Shown piece after piece: positions 63,925 to 64,000 of a DNA stretch of 64,000 nt. Source of the DNA: Planctomycetota bacterium (GTDB taxonomy: Bacteria > Planctomycetota > UBA1135 > UBA2386). The stretch is from assembly GCA_020638735.1 (NCBI GenBank), contig JACKHZ010000013.1, positions 277,694 to 341,693 on the forward strand, written 5' to 3'. The position numbers were made by a program, and so were the translations under genes. Within the stretch, counting starts at the first letter, position 1. Each line of letters opens with the position of its first letter. Under the pieces are notes generated by a model. It was not told where the DNA came from. It was given only the letters and a program-made list of their open reading frames with translations, and made no database searches.

Positions 63925-64000
63925 ATGTTCCGAACCACCCGCTCCAGCGCGCTCGTCGCGACGCTGCTGATCGCCGCCCACGGCTGCTCCGACGGCGCCC
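63925..64000 (+). CDS. partial CDS (N-terminus only, runs off the right edge), signal/lipoprotein-like N-terminus
   Basis: The ATG at 63925 reads MFRTTRSSALVATLLIAAHGCSDGA..., which is signal-peptide-like with a Cys that could be a lipobox Cys. Only 25 codons are visible. Confidence 0.35.
   Translation, partial: MFRTTRSSALVATLLIAAHGCSDGA

Overview
By eye this is a very G+C-rich bacterial chromosomal segment of roughly 70% G+C (not computed). Every real gene is shadowed by long R/A/P/G-rich ORFs in other frames. I therefore called genes by amino-acid composition, motifs, signal peptides and start context, not by ORF length. The gene content looks like the PVC superphylum, probably Planctomycetota. 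It includes a PVC-type heme-binding dehydrogenase with a discoidin domain, a DUF1080 protein, an ECF sigma factor paired with a Ser/Thr kinase, FG-GAP and beta-propeller exoproteins, an S46 peptidase and a multiheme cytochrome. About 45 protein-coding genes or pseudogenes are supported. I saw no rRNA, tRNA or CRISPR array.

Main points:
1. Four decayed copies of one IS91-family (rolling-circle) element share the same oriIS-like end and are cut off at four different internal points. None encodes an intact transposase, and several neighbouring genes are truncated or frameshifted.
2. A visibly lower-GC islet (about 3.1-5.8 kb) carries an overlapping two-gene module: HAD phosphatase + ComF-type PRTase + Zn ribbon, and DUF2188 + DprA/Smf. 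This is my best candidate for an undescribed nucleotide-centred conflict system.
3. Two in-frame TGA codons are each followed at the same spacing by a SECIS-like hairpin. One replaces the first Cys of a thioredoxin-fold CxxC motif, suggesting a selenoprotein.
4. Three paralogous single-polypeptide membrane-tethered ECF sigma factors carry about 800-aa CarboxypepD_reg-like ectodomains.
5. Five functionally unrelated secreted proteins share a C-terminal domain of about 100 aa, which may be a sorting tag.
6. An accessory patch (45.5-52.3 kb) holds a DEDDh exonuclease, tandem barstar-like membrane proteins, an Rpn-type nuclease, an AAA/DUF4143 ATPase, and an XPB-like helicase with degenerate ATPase motifs next to a Bax1/DUF790-like nuclease.

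All family assignments are motif recognition by eye and need HMM or structure searches.
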